DNA of 64,000 nucleotides, taken from positions 558,151-622,150 of the forward strand of contig CBDCTH010000004.1 in NCBI GenBank assembly GCA_965222155.1. Reading direction: 5' to 3'. Positions within the stretch are counted from its first letter, which is position 1, and every line of letters starts with the position of its first letter. Made by a program: the position numbers and the translations under genes. The stretch comes from Gammaproteobacteria bacterium. GTDB lineage: Bacteria > Pseudomonadota > Gammaproteobacteria > Eutrophobiales > Eutrophobiaceae. Below are positions 1 through 13,334 of this stretch, one piece after another. Under the pieces are notes generated by a model, which made no database searches, was not told the DNA's origin, and saw only the letters and a list, made by a program, of their open reading frames with translations.

Positions 1-2
1 TT

Positions 3-2210
3 CTCGTAGTGACAGGGGCGCCTGGGGTAAAACCGGGGCGATGTTACCCTTATGCAGGTGTCGGGGTTATATTGCCCGGCTCCGTGGAAATAAAGGAGAC
101 GGATATCCGGGGGGTCACATCCATCGGCATGCTCTGCTCTGCGGCTGAACTGGGTCTGTCGGAGGAGGCCGATGAGTTGTTTCTGCTGGCGGATGATAGC
201 ATGCCCGGCGCTACGTTATCCGGGTTGATGCAGCTTGATGATAAGGTGTTTGACATCGGTCTGACGCCCAATCGCGGTGATTGCCTGAGTATTAACGGCA
301 TAGCCCGGGAAATTGCGGTCATTAATCAAAAGCCCTTTGAGTCCCCTGTCAACACCTCTCCGGTAGCTGCCGGCCATGACCATTCCCGCAGCATAAACCT
401 GGTAGCGCCGGACGGCTGTCCACGCTACGCAGGTCGGATTATCAACAATATCGATATTTCACGCCCCAGCCCGTTGTGGTTGAGGGAGAAGTTGCGCCGT
501 TGCGGATTGCGCAGCCTGAACCCGGTCGTTGATATCACCAACTACGTGATGTTGGAATTGGGGCAACCCATGCATGCCTTTGACAATGATAAGTTAACTG
601 GCGCCATCTCAGTGCGCTATGCTGCTGCCGGAGAGGAAATTACCCTGCTGGATGGAGAATCCCGGGTAATGCCGGCAGATACCCTGGTGATTGCCGATAC
701 TGAACGAGCGCTGGCTATGGCCGGTGTGATGGGCGGTCTGGAGTCAGCGGTCAGTGACAGTACCCGGCATGTTTTCCTGGAAAGCGCTTTTTTTACTCCG
801 CTTGTCGTAGCCGGCCGGGCTCGACAGTTCGGTATGCATACGGATGCATCCCATCGTTTTGAACGCGGGGTGGATTTTATGTTGCAACGCCGGGCGATGG
901 AACGCGCCACACAGTTGATTATGGAGATTTGCGGAGGAGAACCGGGGCCGGTGGCTGAAGCGGTGGTGGAGCAGGCATTGCCGAAAAGGCCGAATATCGG
1001 CCTGCGTTCGACCGCAGCAAAAGATTTACTGGGTGAAGCCATAGACATGAAGCAATGCGCCGGGATTTTAACCCGTCTTGGCCTGGAGGAGATAGCGAGC
1101 GACGCTGATAGTCGTCATTTCAATATACCGTCCCACCGGTTCGATATTTCAATTGAGGCGGACTTGATTGAAGAGATAGCCCGCATCCATGGTTACCGGA
1201 ACATAAAAAGCGCGCTGCTGCCGGCAAACCTGGCGATGCGCAAACCCGATTTCCGGGAACGCCTTGATCTTATGCGCCGGGTGCTGGTCAACCGTGGCTA
1301 CCAGGAAGCAGTCACTTATAGTTTCGTCAGCCATACTCTGCAAGCCATGTTGTTCCCCGAAGTTGAAAGTGTTGCCCTGCTCAATGCCATCTCCAGCGCT
1401 ATGGAGCGAATGCGTCTCAGCCTGTGGCCGGGCTTGCTGACGGCATTGCAGCATAATCTTAATCGCCGGCAAGAGCGCGTGCGCCTGTTTGAAACCGGCA
1501 AGGTTTTCAAGTGTAATGGTGAAATTCAACAGCTGCCGGTTATCGGCGGACTGAGTTGTGGAAAAGTGGCGCCGGAGCAATGGGGCAACCGCTACGAAAG
1601 TGGTGATTTCTACGATATTAAGTCCGATGTGGAAGCCGTTTTAACGGCCTGTTGCGGTCCGATTTCAGTGGAATATCGACCTGTTTCCGGCGCTGCACTG
1701 CATCAAGGCAAAGCGGCGGAGATCATTTATGATGGTCGACGAATTGGTCTGGCCGGAGCGCTCCACCCAGGGATACAGTCAGGTCTTGAGATCGAAGACG
1801 AGGTTTACCTGTTTGAGATCAGTTTAGAGATGATTCCCGAAAGGAAACAGGCGAAGTATTCGGAAATTTCCAAATTTCCCCAGGTGAGACGGGATATGTC
1901 CATTATTGTAGATAAGGAAACCCCGGCAGTAATCTTTTTAAATCATGTAAAAAACATGTCTTTGAATTTACCTGGCACTCATCTCTCTCCGGAAGAATTA
2001 GAGGCGTTGGGAGATTCGAATTTACTCAGAAACCTGGAGTTACTTGACGTTTACCAAGGGGAACCCGTCGCTCCCGGGAAAAAAAGTGTAACATTGGGCT
2101 TGACGTTTCAACGAATATCAGACACTCTTACAGATAATCAGGTAGATAACATGGTGACTCAGATACTGGATTCACTTTGTGAGGAATTTGATGTGCGGTT
2201 GAGAGAATAA
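3..2210 (+). CDS. pheT: Phenylalanine--tRNA ligase beta subunit (5' truncated by window edge)
   Basis: [36 protein letters not shown]-terminal FDX-ACB; followed by ihfA. Confidence 0.97.
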   Translation, partial: LVVTGAPGVKPGRCYPYAGVGVILPGSVEIKETDIRGVTSIGMLCSAAELGLSEEADELFLLADDSMPGATLSGLMQLDDKVFDIGLTPNRGDCLSINGIAREIAVINQKPFESPVNTSPVAAGHDHSRSINLVAPDGCPRYAGRIINNIDISRPSPLWLREKLRRCGLRSLNPVVDITNYVMLELGQPMHAFDNDKLTGAISVRYAAAGEEITLLDGESRVMPADTLVIADTERALAMAGVMGGLESAVSDSTRHVFLESAFFTPLVVAGRARQFGMHTDASHRFERGVDFMLQRRAMERATQLIMEICGGEPGPVAEAVVEQALPKRPNIGLRSTAAKDLLGEAIDMKQCAGILTRLGLEEIASDADSRHFNIPSHRFDISIEADLIEEIARIHGYRNIKSALLPANLAMRKPDFRERLDLMRRVLVNRGYQEAVTYSFVSHTLQAMLFPEVESVALLNAISSAMERMRLSLWPGLLTALQHNLNRRQERVRLFETGKVFKCNGEIQQLPVIGGLSCGKVAPEQWGNRYESGDFYDIKSDVEAVLTACCGPISVEYRPVSGAALHQGKAAEIIYDGRRIGLAGALHPGIQSGLEIEDEVYLFEISLEMIPERKQAKYSEISKFPQVRRDMSIIVDKETPAVIFLNHVKNMSLNLPGTHLSPEELEALGDSNLLRNLELLDVYQGEPVAPGKKSVTLGLTFQRISDTLTDNQVDNMVTQILDSLCEEFDVRLRE

Positions 2211-2211
2211 G

Positions 2212-2517
2212 ATGGCATCACTGACAAAAGCAGATATGGCCGAGAGGCTTCATCAACAGGATGGCCTGAACAAGCGGGAAGCCAAAGAAATAGTGGAAAT
2301 GTTCTTTGAGGAGGTACGTTCAGCACTGGAAGCAGGAAATCAGGTCAAACTCTCAGGCTTTGGTAACTTTGAACTGCGGAATAAAAAACAGAGGCCGGGG
2401 CGCAACCCTAAAACCGGGGAAGAAATTCCCATCAGTGCTCGCCGGGTTGTAACGTTTCGCCCTGGACAAAAACTAAAAGCGCGTGTAGAGGCCTATGCTG
2501 GAACCGGCACTGAATAG
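2212..2517 (+). CDS. ihfA: Integration host factor alpha
   Basis: [36 protein letters not shown]; canonical position after pheT. Confidence 0.97.
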   Translation: MASLTKADMAERLHQQDGLNKREAKEIVEMFFEEVRSALEAGNQVKLSGFGNFELRNKKQRPGRNPKTGEEIPISARRVVTFRPGQKLKARVEAYAGTGTE

Positions 2518-2851
2518 CGAATTACCCCAGATTCCGAGTAAACGATACTTTACCATTGGGGAAGTCAGCGAGTTATGTGCGGTTAAGTCCCATGTATTAC
2601 GCTACTGGGAACAGGAATTTCCTCAACTGAAACCCCTGAAGCGGCGTGGCAACAGACGTTATTATCAGCGCCAGGACGTTATATTGATCAGGCAGATCAG
2701 AAGTCTGCTTTATGAGCACGGGTTTACTATCGGCGGCGCGCGGCAACGTCTTTCAGGCGATGAAGCCAAGGAAGATTCCAACCAGAGCCAGCAGATTATC
2801 CGCCAGTTGTGTGCTGAACTGGAAAAAGTCAGGGAGTTGTTACGGCGTTAA
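2495..2851 (+). CDS. MerR family transcriptional regulator
   Basis: [24 protein letters not shown]; conserved ihfA-merR-tRNA-Pro synteny. Confidence 0.93.
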   Translation: MLEPALNSELPQIPSKRYFTIGEVSELCAVKSHVLRYWEQEFPQLKPLKRRGNRRYYQRQDVILIRQIRSLLYEHGFTIGGARQRLSGDEAKEDSNQSQQIIRQLCAELEKVRELLRR

Positions 2852-3089
2852 CCCGGATTTCTCACCAGTTGGTGCGATGATCGCGCCGGATTTTTGCCGC
2901 CAGCGGGTGCCTGCGACCGAAAGCATAGCCGTAGCTATGGTTGAGGGAGCATGTGCCCGCTGGCGGCAAAAAGACAAGCGAGGGCGCATCAAGCGCAGTC
3001 TGTGATGACGAAATACTGCAAGTATTATCATAACTTATTGATAGCAGAAAGTATCCGATGGAAACAAGCGAACTGGTGAGAAATCCGGG
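2852..3089 (+). mobile_element. Family A structured MITE-like element, copy A1
   Basis: Perfect 21-bp terminal IR (2850-2870/3071-3091), inner stem ttttgccgccagcggg/cccgctggcggcaaaa; flanks TTAA/TTGA; 5 further copies in window. Confidence 0.85.
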
Positions 3090-3235
3090 TTGATTCCAAT
3101 CGCTGTATCGTTTCACGTCATGTCGGCAAACGTCGGCATTCTGTCACAGCTTATTCCTCGTCTGGCGTCTGCTTACGACATGAAGAGACGAACTCAGGAC
3201 TATGGTAATCCGGGGGGAGTGTCTGAAAGATTTAA

Positions 3236-3410
3236 GGAAACTCTGAACAAGTCCATTCCCGTATCAAGTACGGGACAGGCTCTGGACTTGTCAGAGCACG
3301 GAAAACAAAAATGCGATTTTTGTTTTCCTGACAAATTCAATGACTTTTTGTCATTGAATTTGGCGATACATCCCTGTATCGCAGGAACCTCTGACTTAAT
3401 CAGAGGTTCC
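3236..3410. mobile_element. Family D MITE with IS5-like ends
   Basis: GGAAACTCTGA...TCAGAGGTTCC termini flanked by TTAA on both sides; five internal hairpins; partial second copy at 24475-24541. Confidence 0.7.
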
Positions 3411-3424
3411 TTAAATAATACGGC

Positions 3425-3501
<77 letters not shown>

Positions 3502-3549
3502 ATTCACAGTTATACTTCGCTTTTCGGGAATTAAGAATACAAAATCAAG

Positions 3550-4086
3550 ATGCTGAAATCATCATTTCTCTTATTCATTTGCCTGGCCCTGTTAACCGCC
3601 GGGTGCGGTACGGAGAAGACCGCGCGCCAGGCATTTGAGGCTGGAGATTACATAACCGCGTATAACCTGTTCAGGCCCAGAGCCGAGGCCGGCGATAGCG
3701 AGGCGCAAAATTACCTGGGCGTGCATTATTATCTGGGCCTGGGTGTAAAACGGGATTGGCACCAGGCACTGCAATGGTATGATAAAGCGGCAAAACAGGG
3801 AGACCCCAAGGCTCAACTCAACTATGGCCTGATGTTCCATAACGCCTATGGTACGGACAAGGACATCGTTGCGGCTTTTATGTGGTATTACGCTTCCTAC
3901 CGGCAGGGCAATGCGATTGCCGCGCGTTATATGAATTCTCTGGCGGCAGATAACCTGCTGAGTCCGAACCAGATAAATTATGCCAAGCTCCAGGCAAAAA
4001 AATACATCACCAACCCCGTAGTTGCGGAGCAAGGCTCAGAAGGCAGATTGTTTCGCGGTCAGCAACAAACCGCGGTCAGCCCGTAA
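3550..4086 (+). CDS. Sel1-repeat (TPR-like) lipoprotein
   Basis: Lipobox LTAGC; [27 protein letters not shown] repeats; stop overlaps glmS start (TAATG). Confidence 0.85.
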   Translation: MLKSSFLLFICLALLTAGCGTEKTARQAFEAGDYITAYNLFRPRAEAGDSEAQNYLGVHYYLGLGVKRDWHQALQWYDKAAKQGDPKAQLNYGLMFHNAYGTDKDIVAAFMWYYASYRQGNAIAARYMNSLAADNLLSPNQINYAKLQAKKYITNPVVAEQGSEGRLFRGQQQTAVSP

Positions 4087-5915
4087 TGTGTGGTATTGTC
4101 GGCGCGGTTGCGGAAAGGGATGTTACGCCTATTTTGCTGGAAGGGTTGCGGCGCCTGGAATATCGTGGATACGATTCCGCCGGCATTGTAGTTGTCGATA
4201 AAACTGCCGGTTTCAATCGCCTGAGGGTCCAGGGTAAGGTCAATGTACTTGCCCAATCCGTCGGCGCATCATCGCTGCACGGCAAAACCGGTCTTGCCCA
4301 TACCCGCTGGGCCACCCATGGCCGTCCCAGCGTCAATAATGCCCACCCCCATATCTGTAAAGATGAAATTGCCCTGGTGCATAATGGCATTATTGAGAAT
4401 CATGAAGCGCTCCGGACAGAACAGGCAGGCGCCGGCTACACGTTCGCATCGGAAACGGATACGGAGGTTGTCGTCAATCAGATTCATTACCACCTGCAGG
4501 GCAACGGAGACCTGCTCTCAGCGGTAAAAAACACCGTGGCGCAAATTGAGGGCACCTACGCACTGGGTGTAATCGACAGAAACCGACCGGAACGACTGGT
4601 AGCCGCAAGACAAGGCAGCCCCCTGGTTATCGGTGTGGGTATCGGTGAGCATTTTATTGCTTCCGACGTCTTTGCCCTGTTACCGGTAACGCGGAAGTTT
4701 ATTATTCTGGAAGAAGGAGACCTTGCCGAGGTCTGCAGGGACCGAGTAACTGTTTATGACCGGGACGGCAACCCGGTGCGGCGTCCACTGGTTACCTCGG
4801 AACTTTCTCCGGACAGCGCCGATAAAACCGGTTATCGCCATTATATGGCAAAGGAAATATTCAACCAGCCGGTCGCTGTCGCTGACACCCTGGAAGGCAG
4901 GATTGATAACGGCGGAATTATCGAGTCTGAATTTGGCATGGCAGCCGCCGGTCTTTTCGACCGTGTGGAAAACATTCATATTATCGCCTGTGGCAGCAGT
5001 TACCACGCGGGGCTGATCGCCAGGTACTGGCTGGAAGCAGAGGGCATTCAGTGCAGTGTCGATATCGCCAGCGAATACCGCTATCGCAGCAGCGTAGTCC
5101 CGGCAAATACCTTGTTTCTGACAATTTCCCAATCGGGCGAAACCCTGGATGTTCTCGAGGCCCTGCGGCTGGCCGGAACCCGACCTTATCTGGCGAGACT
5201 TGCAATCTGTAATGTTCCGGAAAGTTCATTGACGCGTGAGGCGGATATGGTTTTCCTCACCCGCGCCGGGATAGAAATCGGCGTCGCATCAACCAAGACG
5301 TTTACCACGCAGTTGGTTGCCCTGGTTATGCTGACGACCGTACTGGCGCGTCGGCGCGGATTGGATAAAGAGAAGGAATTGCGACTGGTCAACCAGTTGG
5401 AAAGATTGCCCGGCCAGATTAACCATGTACTTGAATTGGATGGGCGCCTGGAAAAACTGGCTGAGGAGTTCATCCACAAACAGCACACCTTGTTTCTGGG
5501 CAGGGGAATGATGCTGCCGGTTGCCATGGAGGGCGCGCTAAAACTGAAGGAAATTTCCTATATTCACGCAGAAGCCTACGCGGCAGGGGAATTGAAACAC
5601 GGCCCCCTGGCGCTGATAGATGATGAAATGCCGGTCATTGCAGTTGCGCCGAACAACAGTTTACTTGGAAAATTAAACTCCAATTTACAGGAAGTCCGGG
5701 CCCGTGGCGCCAGGCTGTATGTATTTACAGACGCGGATATCGGTATGGAAATGAGTTCCACCATTAAAGTCCTGCAGTTGTCGACAGTCGAAAACAGCAT
5801 CGCACCGATTGTGTATACCGTGCCGTTGCAATTACTTTCCTACCACGTGGCAGTACTCAAGGGAGCTGATGTCGACCAGCCCAGGAACCTGGCCAAATCC
5901 GTAACGGTTGAATAA
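4086..5915 (+). CDS. glmS: Glutamine--fructose-6-phosphate aminotransferase
   Basis: MCGIVG, HTRWATHG, C-terminal PRNLAKSVTVE. Confidence 0.98.
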   Translation: MCGIVGAVAERDVTPILLEGLRRLEYRGYDSAGIVVVDKTAGFNRLRVQGKVNVLAQSVGASSLHGKTGLAHTRWATHGRPSVNNAHPHICKDEIALVHNGIIENHEALRTEQAGAGYTFASETDTEVVVNQIHYHLQGNGDLLSAVKNTVAQIEGTYALGVIDRNRPERLVAARQGSPLVIGVGIGEHFIASDVFALLPVTRKFIILEEGDLAEVCRDRVTVYDRDGNPVRRPLVTSELSPDSADKTGYRHYMAKEIFNQPVAVADTLEGRIDNGGIIESEFGMAAAGLFDRVENIHIIACGSSYHAGLIARYWLEAEGIQCSVDIASEYRYRSSVVPANTLFLTISQSGETLDVLEALRLAGTRPYLARLAICNVPESSLTREADMVFLTRAGIEIGVASTKTFTTQLVALVMLTTVLARRRGLDKEKELRLVNQLERLPGQINHVLELDGRLEKLAEEFIHKQHTLFLGRGMMLPVAMEGALKLKEISYIHAEAYAAGELKHGPLALIDDEMPVIAVAPNNSLLGKLNSNLQEVRARGARLYVFTDADIGMEMSSTIKVLQLSTVENSIAPIVYTVPLQLLSYHVAVLKGADVDQPRNLAKSVTVE

Positions 5916-5933
5916 TTGTATGCACAGGTTTTT

Positions 5934-6055
5934 TATTGCCACAGAGGACACAAAGAAAAAATATCATGAAAACTGCTTCGGAAGAAATAACGAACACTGT
6001 GTTTCCCGGGATGTTGATTAAGCCCCCGGTTGACTCTGTGCCCTCTGTGGCAATA
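5934..6055. repeat. Family B inverted repeat (GCCACAGAG 9-mer arms), copy B1
   Basis: tattgccacagaggacacaaag ... ctctgtgccctctgtggcaata. Confidence 0.85.
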
Positions 6056-6069
6056 CTAATCCATGTCAG

Positions 6070-6648
6070 TTATCGGATTAACGCCTGAACTTCCTGAGAT
6101 AGCTGCTCGTCCGCGCCGCGTACCCATTCAAACAACACGGACTCTGCATCGCAGATGATAATCCCCGCCCTTCCCAGGCGTCGTAATGCAGTTTCATAGT
6201 TTTCCCTTTGCCGGGAACATACCGCATCCGCTACCACAAAAACCGTGTAGCCCCGGTTATGCAGGTCAAGCGCGGTTTGTAATACACAAACATGTGCTTC
6301 CATGCCGACCAGTATGGCCTGCTTCCTCCTTGTTGAGGTCAAATCAGCGGCAAAATTGTCGGCGCCCGTGCAGGAAAACGCGGTTTTTTCATACAGTTTT
6401 GCCGTCGGTGGTAACAACTTCCGGATTTCCAGTTCCATATTGCCCAGCCCATCGGGAGATCGTTCCGTAGCAAAAACCGGGAGCGCCAGCTTAATGGCCG
6501 TATTAACCAGCAACCATGTATTTCTTTGCAGCCTCGCCAGTACCTTGGCCGGCATGACGGCGGTTAATTCCGTCTGTATGTCAATAATGACCAATACGGA
6601 ATTTCCGGCGTCACAAAGTGATGTGTAGTTTTCATCGGTAGCTGTCAT
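6070..6648 (-). CDS. Isochorismatase family hydrolase
   Basis: IIDIQ, EKTAFSC, GMEAHVCVLQT. Confidence 0.9.
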   Translation of the reverse strand: MTATDENYTSLCDAGNSVLVIIDIQTELTAVMPAKVLARLQRNTWLLVNTAIKLALPVFATERSPDGLGNMELEIRKLLPPTAKLYEKTAFSCTGADNFAADLTSTRRKQAILVGMEAHVCVLQTALDLHNRGYTVFVVADAVCSRQRENYETALRRLGRAGIIICDAESVLFEWVRGADEQLSQEVQALIR

Positions 6649-6673
6649 GATCGTTATCCAGGCTGCTATCGTG

Positions 6674-7999
6674 TCAGTCCAGCCAACGGTTCACCTGGGA
6701 CAGGTCGTCCACCGACAGGCTGCCCGAAGCCTGCTTCAGGCGTAAGCTATCCAGCAGGTAATCATAACGGGCGCGGGCATAATCCCGTCTGGCCTGAGAG
6801 GTAGCCTGTTCCGCCGCGACGACATCCACCGCAGTGCGCGTCCCGACCTCAAAGCCGGCCTCAGTAGCTTCCAATGCAGTCTCACTGGAGATCACGGCCT
6901 GGTTCAAGGCATTGACCCGGCTTATTCCGGAAATAACACCCAGGTATGCCTGCCGCGTCATGCGTTGTGCGTTTCTGCGTGCCTGTTCCAGCCGTTCCAG
7001 TTCTGCGTTGAGACGTTCATGGGTTTCCCGTACTCGCGAACTTACGAACCCTCCCTGGAACAGCGGAACGTTGACCTGTACGCCTATTGAATTTATCGTA
7101 TTTTCATAAGAACCAAAACGCCCTCCGGCACTGTCCAAACTATGCCGGGCAACCATATCTACGCTGGGAAGGTGGCCCGCGCGTTGCTTTTGCACTTCCC
7201 GGCGGGCGCTGTCCACGGCATGCTGTACAGCCAGCACATTCAGGTTTTGCTCCAGCGCAGCGCCGGTCCAGGTCTCGATTTCCTCAGGTTCCGGGCTTAC
7301 CAGGGGCATGGTTTCTCCCAGCAATGCCAGGTCGGATAAATAGACGCCGGTGATCTCGCGCAATGCTTCCTGGGCATTATCAACATTGTTGCGCGCGGCT
7401 ATTTCCGCGGCAAATGCCCGATCGTAGCCTGCCTGGGCTTCCTGTACGTCGGTAGTGGCGCTGAGTCCCACTTCAAAACGTTGTTTTGCCTGGTCCAGTT
7501 GCCGACTCAGGGATTTTTTTTCGGCTTCTGCAAATCCCAGGTTGTCATAAGCGGCCAATACCTCGAAATAAGCAGCGGTAGTGCGCACAATCAAATCCTG
7601 CCGGGCTGCGATCAATTCCGCGTCTGCCTGTTTTATCAGGTTATCCGCTTGCAGGTAGCCGATGATGCGGTCACCACTGAACAACGGTTGAGTCAGGTTC
7701 AGGCTGTAGCCGTGGCTGTCGTAGCTCACTTTGCCGGGCCTGTCTATGGGATTGAACTCAGAGGTGATATCTTCTTCATTTTTAAAGGCGTTAGCGCTGA
7801 ATGTAAGTGTTGGCAGGAGTTGTGCCAGAGCCTGGGGGCGTTGCTCCAGGACCGCGCGTTGTGTTGCGGCCACCTGCCGGTATTGCGGGTCGCTATCCAG
7901 GGCATATGCGTAGATTTCGAGTAAATCTGCCGCGTAAGCGATGTCCATGCAGATAAACAGGAAAATGACATTCAGGAGTTTACGGCAGGCTACTCTCAT
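6674..7999 (-). CDS. tolC: TolC family outer membrane protein
   Basis: Signal peptide, ADLLEIY..ALDSDP, GFEVGTRTAVDV. Confidence 0.9.
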   Translation of the reverse strand: MRVACRKLLNVIFLFICMDIAYAADLLEIYAYALDSDPQYRQVAATQRAVLEQRPQALAQLLPTLTFSANAFKNEEDITSEFNPIDRPGKVSYDSHGYSLNLTQPLFSGDRIIGYLQADNLIKQADAELIAARQDLIVRTTAAYFEVLAAYDNLGFAEAEKKSLSRQLDQAKQRFEVGLSATTDVQEAQAGYDRAFAAEIAARNNVDNAQEALREITGVYLSDLALLGETMPLVSPEPEEIETWTGAALEQNLNVLAVQHAVDSARREVQKQRAGHLPSVDMVARHSLDSAGGRFGSYENTINSIGVQVNVPLFQGGFVSSRVRETHERLNAELERLEQARRNAQRMTRQAYLGVISGISRVNALNQAVISSETALEATEAGFEVGTRTAVDVVAAEQATSQARRDYARARYDYLLDSLRLKQASGSLSVDDLSQVNRWLD

Positions 8000-8042
8000 G
8001 TTGTGTACTTTAGGGTTTCAGTTTGATAAGTGAGGGGATGTT

Positions 8043-10306
<2,264 letters not shown>

Positions 10307-10393
10307 GATAAGGGGATAGATTTGTTTTTATTTCAATAGATACTTGCAAACAGGTAGGCAATTTATGTATAGGGTCAGCAAGCAGATGCAAGT

Positions 10394-10489
10394 CGTCATT
10401 CCGGCGCATGCCGGAATCCAGTGGATAAAGTCTCCTTTCATTATAATGAATTTTCTAGTGACTGGATTCCGGCATGCGCCGGAATGACG
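10394..10489. repeat. Family C REP-like doublet (CGTCATTCCGGCGCATGCCGGAATCCAGT and its inverse)
   Basis: Perfect 29-bp IR 10394-10422/10461-10489, each arm itself a hairpin. Confidence 0.85.
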
Positions 10490-10562
10490 GCAGTGCATTC
10501 ACCGGCATGAGAACGGGTTTGCATTTCGTTGAGGTTTGCCGGAAGCTGTCCCAGTCCCTCCA

Positions 10563-13178
10563 ATGACAGACTTCCAACCACTGATTGCGGCAGCGCCTGA
10601 CCCCGAGGTTGCCGCACTCAGGTTTGATCGACTGCGGGAAGATGATGCCCTGCGCAAGGAACTGGATCTGCTGCCGGAATCCCGTGCGGCCGATTTCGTC
10701 AATATTATTGGTTATTCAGCCTTCCTGTTTAATTATATCTGCCGCAATCCGCAAACCATTCGCCTGCTGGGCGAACCTTGTGAAATCACTCCCGAACAAC
10801 TGGACGGCATCCACGACCCTGAAGCCTTGCGGCGTTTCAAGTATGAGCAGTTGTTGAAAATAACCTGGATGGATGTATCGGGTCGTTATCCTTACGAAAT
10901 TATTCTGGATCGGCTGAGCCTGCTGGCTGATTACATTCTCAGGAAGGTATTTGCCCTTAGCTTCAGCACGGCTGATAAAAATGATCCGGGTAAATACATC
11001 AGTATTTTTGCGTTGGGGAAACTGGGAGCAGGCGAACTGAATTACAGTTCCGACGTAGACCTGATCTTTGTCGGCGGCAATCACGATGGAACCAGCGGAT
11101 TGAAGCCACACGAATTACAGGGCGCGTTGACAAAAGGACTGAGGCAGTTCACCAGAATGCTGGAGCAAACCACCCATAGCGGGTTTTTATACCGGGTTGA
11201 CCTGAAACTCCGACCCTGGGGGAAAAGCGGACCGCTGTTTCTGTCCGTGGACGAGACAGAGAATTATTACCAGGCCAGTACCGAGGCCTGGGAACGGCTG
11301 GCGTGGTTACGCGCCAGGTGCGTGGCGGGCAATGCAGACCTCGGCGAGGAACTCCTTACCCGGTTGCGTCCCTTTGTCTTCATACGCTCCATGAGCAGCG
11401 CGGACCTGGAGCGGTTTGTCGCCATCAAGGGAGAAATGGCCAGGGTCCGGGCGCGCACTGGTCAATGGCATGTCAAGCTGGGTCGGGGCGGCATCAGGGA
11501 CATTGAGTTCTTTGTCCAGATACTGCAACTGGTCAGCGCCGCAAAGCACGCCGAGTTGCGAACAACCAATACCCTGACGGTGCTGGAGAGCTTGCGCAAG
11601 CTGAACTTTATAGGAAGGGAGGAAGAACAGGAAATCAGGACCGCCTACCTGTTTTTGCGGCGCCTGGAAAACCGCCTGCAGATGGCGGATGAGAAACAGG
11701 TCCATGCTTTGCCGGATGACGCAGCAGGCAGGATACGAGTAGCGCGTTCCCTGAACATGGAAGGCCTGTCCGATGATGAAATTCTGGCAAATTTTGAACA
11801 ATGCCTTAACGCCAACCGCAAGATAGCTGAAAACTATTTTGAAAAAATTCTGCCGGAGGCCGGGGATGACGGCGCGGGGACGGGTAATGAACCTCGCTTC
11901 ACATTTGCAGGCGCCTGGAATAAGGTTCAGGCAGAGGTCAGTTTCACCCGCTGGACCGAATTATGCGAGAAGGAAAAATGGGGCGACAGACCGGCGAACA
12001 AAAACCTGATTATCAATATTTTCGGCGCAAGCTGGTATTTCACCCGATATGTTTTTTTCCGAGGATATGAAATAACCGAGTTGATCGACCATTACCGGGA
12101 TAAATCCATCAACGCTGATGAGATGATGCGGACGTTACAGGTGGACGCGTTCAAACAGGATGTTGAACTAGGGCTGAACGTTCTGTCATCAATAAAAAAT
12201 CAATGGATGCTGTTGCTGCTCATTCGTTTTTTACTGGGAGAGATGGCGCTCGTGGAAGTGGAAAAAAACCTGACCCTGCTGGCAGAATGTGTTTTCAGCG
12301 CCATGATCAGGCATATGCACAAGGCCAACCGGCAGTTGTTTGACAACGTGGCGGTTCTGGGCATGGGCAGGATGGCAGGGTATGAGATGATATTCGGTTC
12401 CGATCTCGACCTGATATTCCTGTACCGGCCAAAATCCAGCGGAGATACCACCCAGGCAGCACGTGAACTTCAGGGTTTAATGCGTCACCTGGCCAGGATA
12501 TCCCCTGCCGGTCTGCTGTATGAAGTGGATATGCGTTTGCGGCCCCATGGCACATCCGGCTCACTGGTCACGCCAGTGGATTCCTTTATCGACTATCACC
12601 ACTCTGAGCGCGCGGTCTGGGAGCGACAGATGATGACTCGCTGCCGGCCTATCTATGATCCGCAAAACATGGGTATGGAGGCGTTGCAGGCGATCTCAGG
12701 CTCCATCTATGGAGGCCACGACATGGAATTGTTACAGGATGAAATTGTGAAAATGCGCGAACTGATAGAGGAGACACTGGGCAGCCCGCGCAATAAGCAT
12801 GAAATAAAACGCGGCAAAGGCGGGATCATGGATATTGATTTTATTACACATTTTCTGCAATTAAGTCATGGCGACAAACATGCTGCATTGCAAACGACAA
12901 GCACCCGAACGGCGCTAAACCGCTTGTCTGAACTGAATTACATTGACACAGACACCGCCGGGTTTTTATTGATGGCGTATAACTACCTGAAGAAAGCGGA
13001 AATCTGTATGCGCTTGATAGATTTGAAACCCAGCAGCACAATTCCGGCCGACCATATACAAAATGCGGTACTGTCCAGGGGCATGGGCTTCGAGGATGGC
13101 CAGACCAGGGAATTTATGGAGGAATTTGTTGCGATCAGGGCAAAGGTCAGGGAAGCGTTTATTCGACTTGTTAGGTAA
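10563..13178 (+). CDS. glnE: Glutamine synthetase adenylyltransferase/adenylyl-removing enzyme (divergent)
   Basis: Two nucleotidyltransferase domains GKLGAGELNYSSDVDLIF and GRMAGYEMIFGSDLDLIF, D(L/M)(K/R)LRP, GGI.DI(E/D)F; start uncertain. Confidence 0.82.
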   Translation: MTDFQPLIAAAPDPEVAALRFDRLREDDALRKELDLLPESRAADFVNIIGYSAFLFNYICRNPQTIRLLGEPCEITPEQLDGIHDPEALRRFKYEQLLKITWMDVSGRYPYEIILDRLSLLADYILRKVFALSFSTADKNDPGKYISIFALGKLGAGELNYSSDVDLIFVGGNHDGTSGLKPHELQGALTKGLRQFTRMLEQTTHSGFLYRVDLKLRPWGKSGPLFLSVDETENYYQASTEAWERLAWLRARCVAGNADLGEELLTRLRPFVFIRSMSSADLERFVAIKGEMARVRARTGQWHVKLGRGGIRDIEFFVQILQLVSAAKHAELRTTNTLTVLESLRKLNFIGREEEQEIRTAYLFLRRLENRLQMADEKQVHALPDDAAGRIRVARSLNMEGLSDDEILANFEQCLNANRKIAENYFEKILPEAGDDGAGTGNEPRFTFAGAWNKVQAEVSFTRWTELCEKEKWGDRPANKNLIINIFGASWYFTRYVFFRGYEITELIDHYRDKSINADEMMRTLQVDAFKQDVELGLNVLSSIKNQWMLLLLIRFLLGEMALVEVEKNLTLLAECVFSAMIRHMHKANRQLFDNVAVLGMGRMAGYEMIFGSDLDLIFLYRPKSSGDTTQAARELQGLMRHLARISPAGLLYEVDMRLRPHGTSGSLVTPVDSFIDYHHSERAVWERQMMTRCRPIYDPQNMGMEALQAISGSIYGGHDMELLQDEIVKMRELIEETLGSPRNKHEIKRGKGGIMDIDFITHFLQLSHGDKHAALQTTSTRTALNRLSELNYIDTDTAGFLLMAYNYLKKAEICMRLIDLKPSSTIPADHIQNAVLSRGMGFEDGQTREFMEEFVAIRAKVREAFIRLVR

Positions 13179-13186
13179 GTATTCTG

Positions 13187-13327
13187 GCCACAAAGGGCAC
13201 AGAGTACACAGAGTGGGCTTGTAAAGCGATTATATAGACCTATAGGACTGAAACAGAGCCCGTTACAGCGGACCTAAACCGGACTATATAGCAGGCATTA
13301 AACCTTGATCTCTGTGTCCTCTGCGGC
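13187..13327. repeat. Family B inverted repeat, copy B2
   Basis: gccacaaagggcacagagtacacagag ... ctctgtgtcctctgcggc between convergent genes. Confidence 0.8.
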
Positions 13328-13334
13328 TTTAACC

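Noticed and set aside
2905-2950. Hammerhead or other known ribozyme in the family A core (ctgcga..cgaaa)
   Set aside because: CUGANGA consensus and three-stem junction are not satisfied.
5916-6069. Tn7 insertion at attTn7 downstream of glmS
   Set aside because: No TGT/ACA Tn7 ends or tns genes; only a family B repeat.
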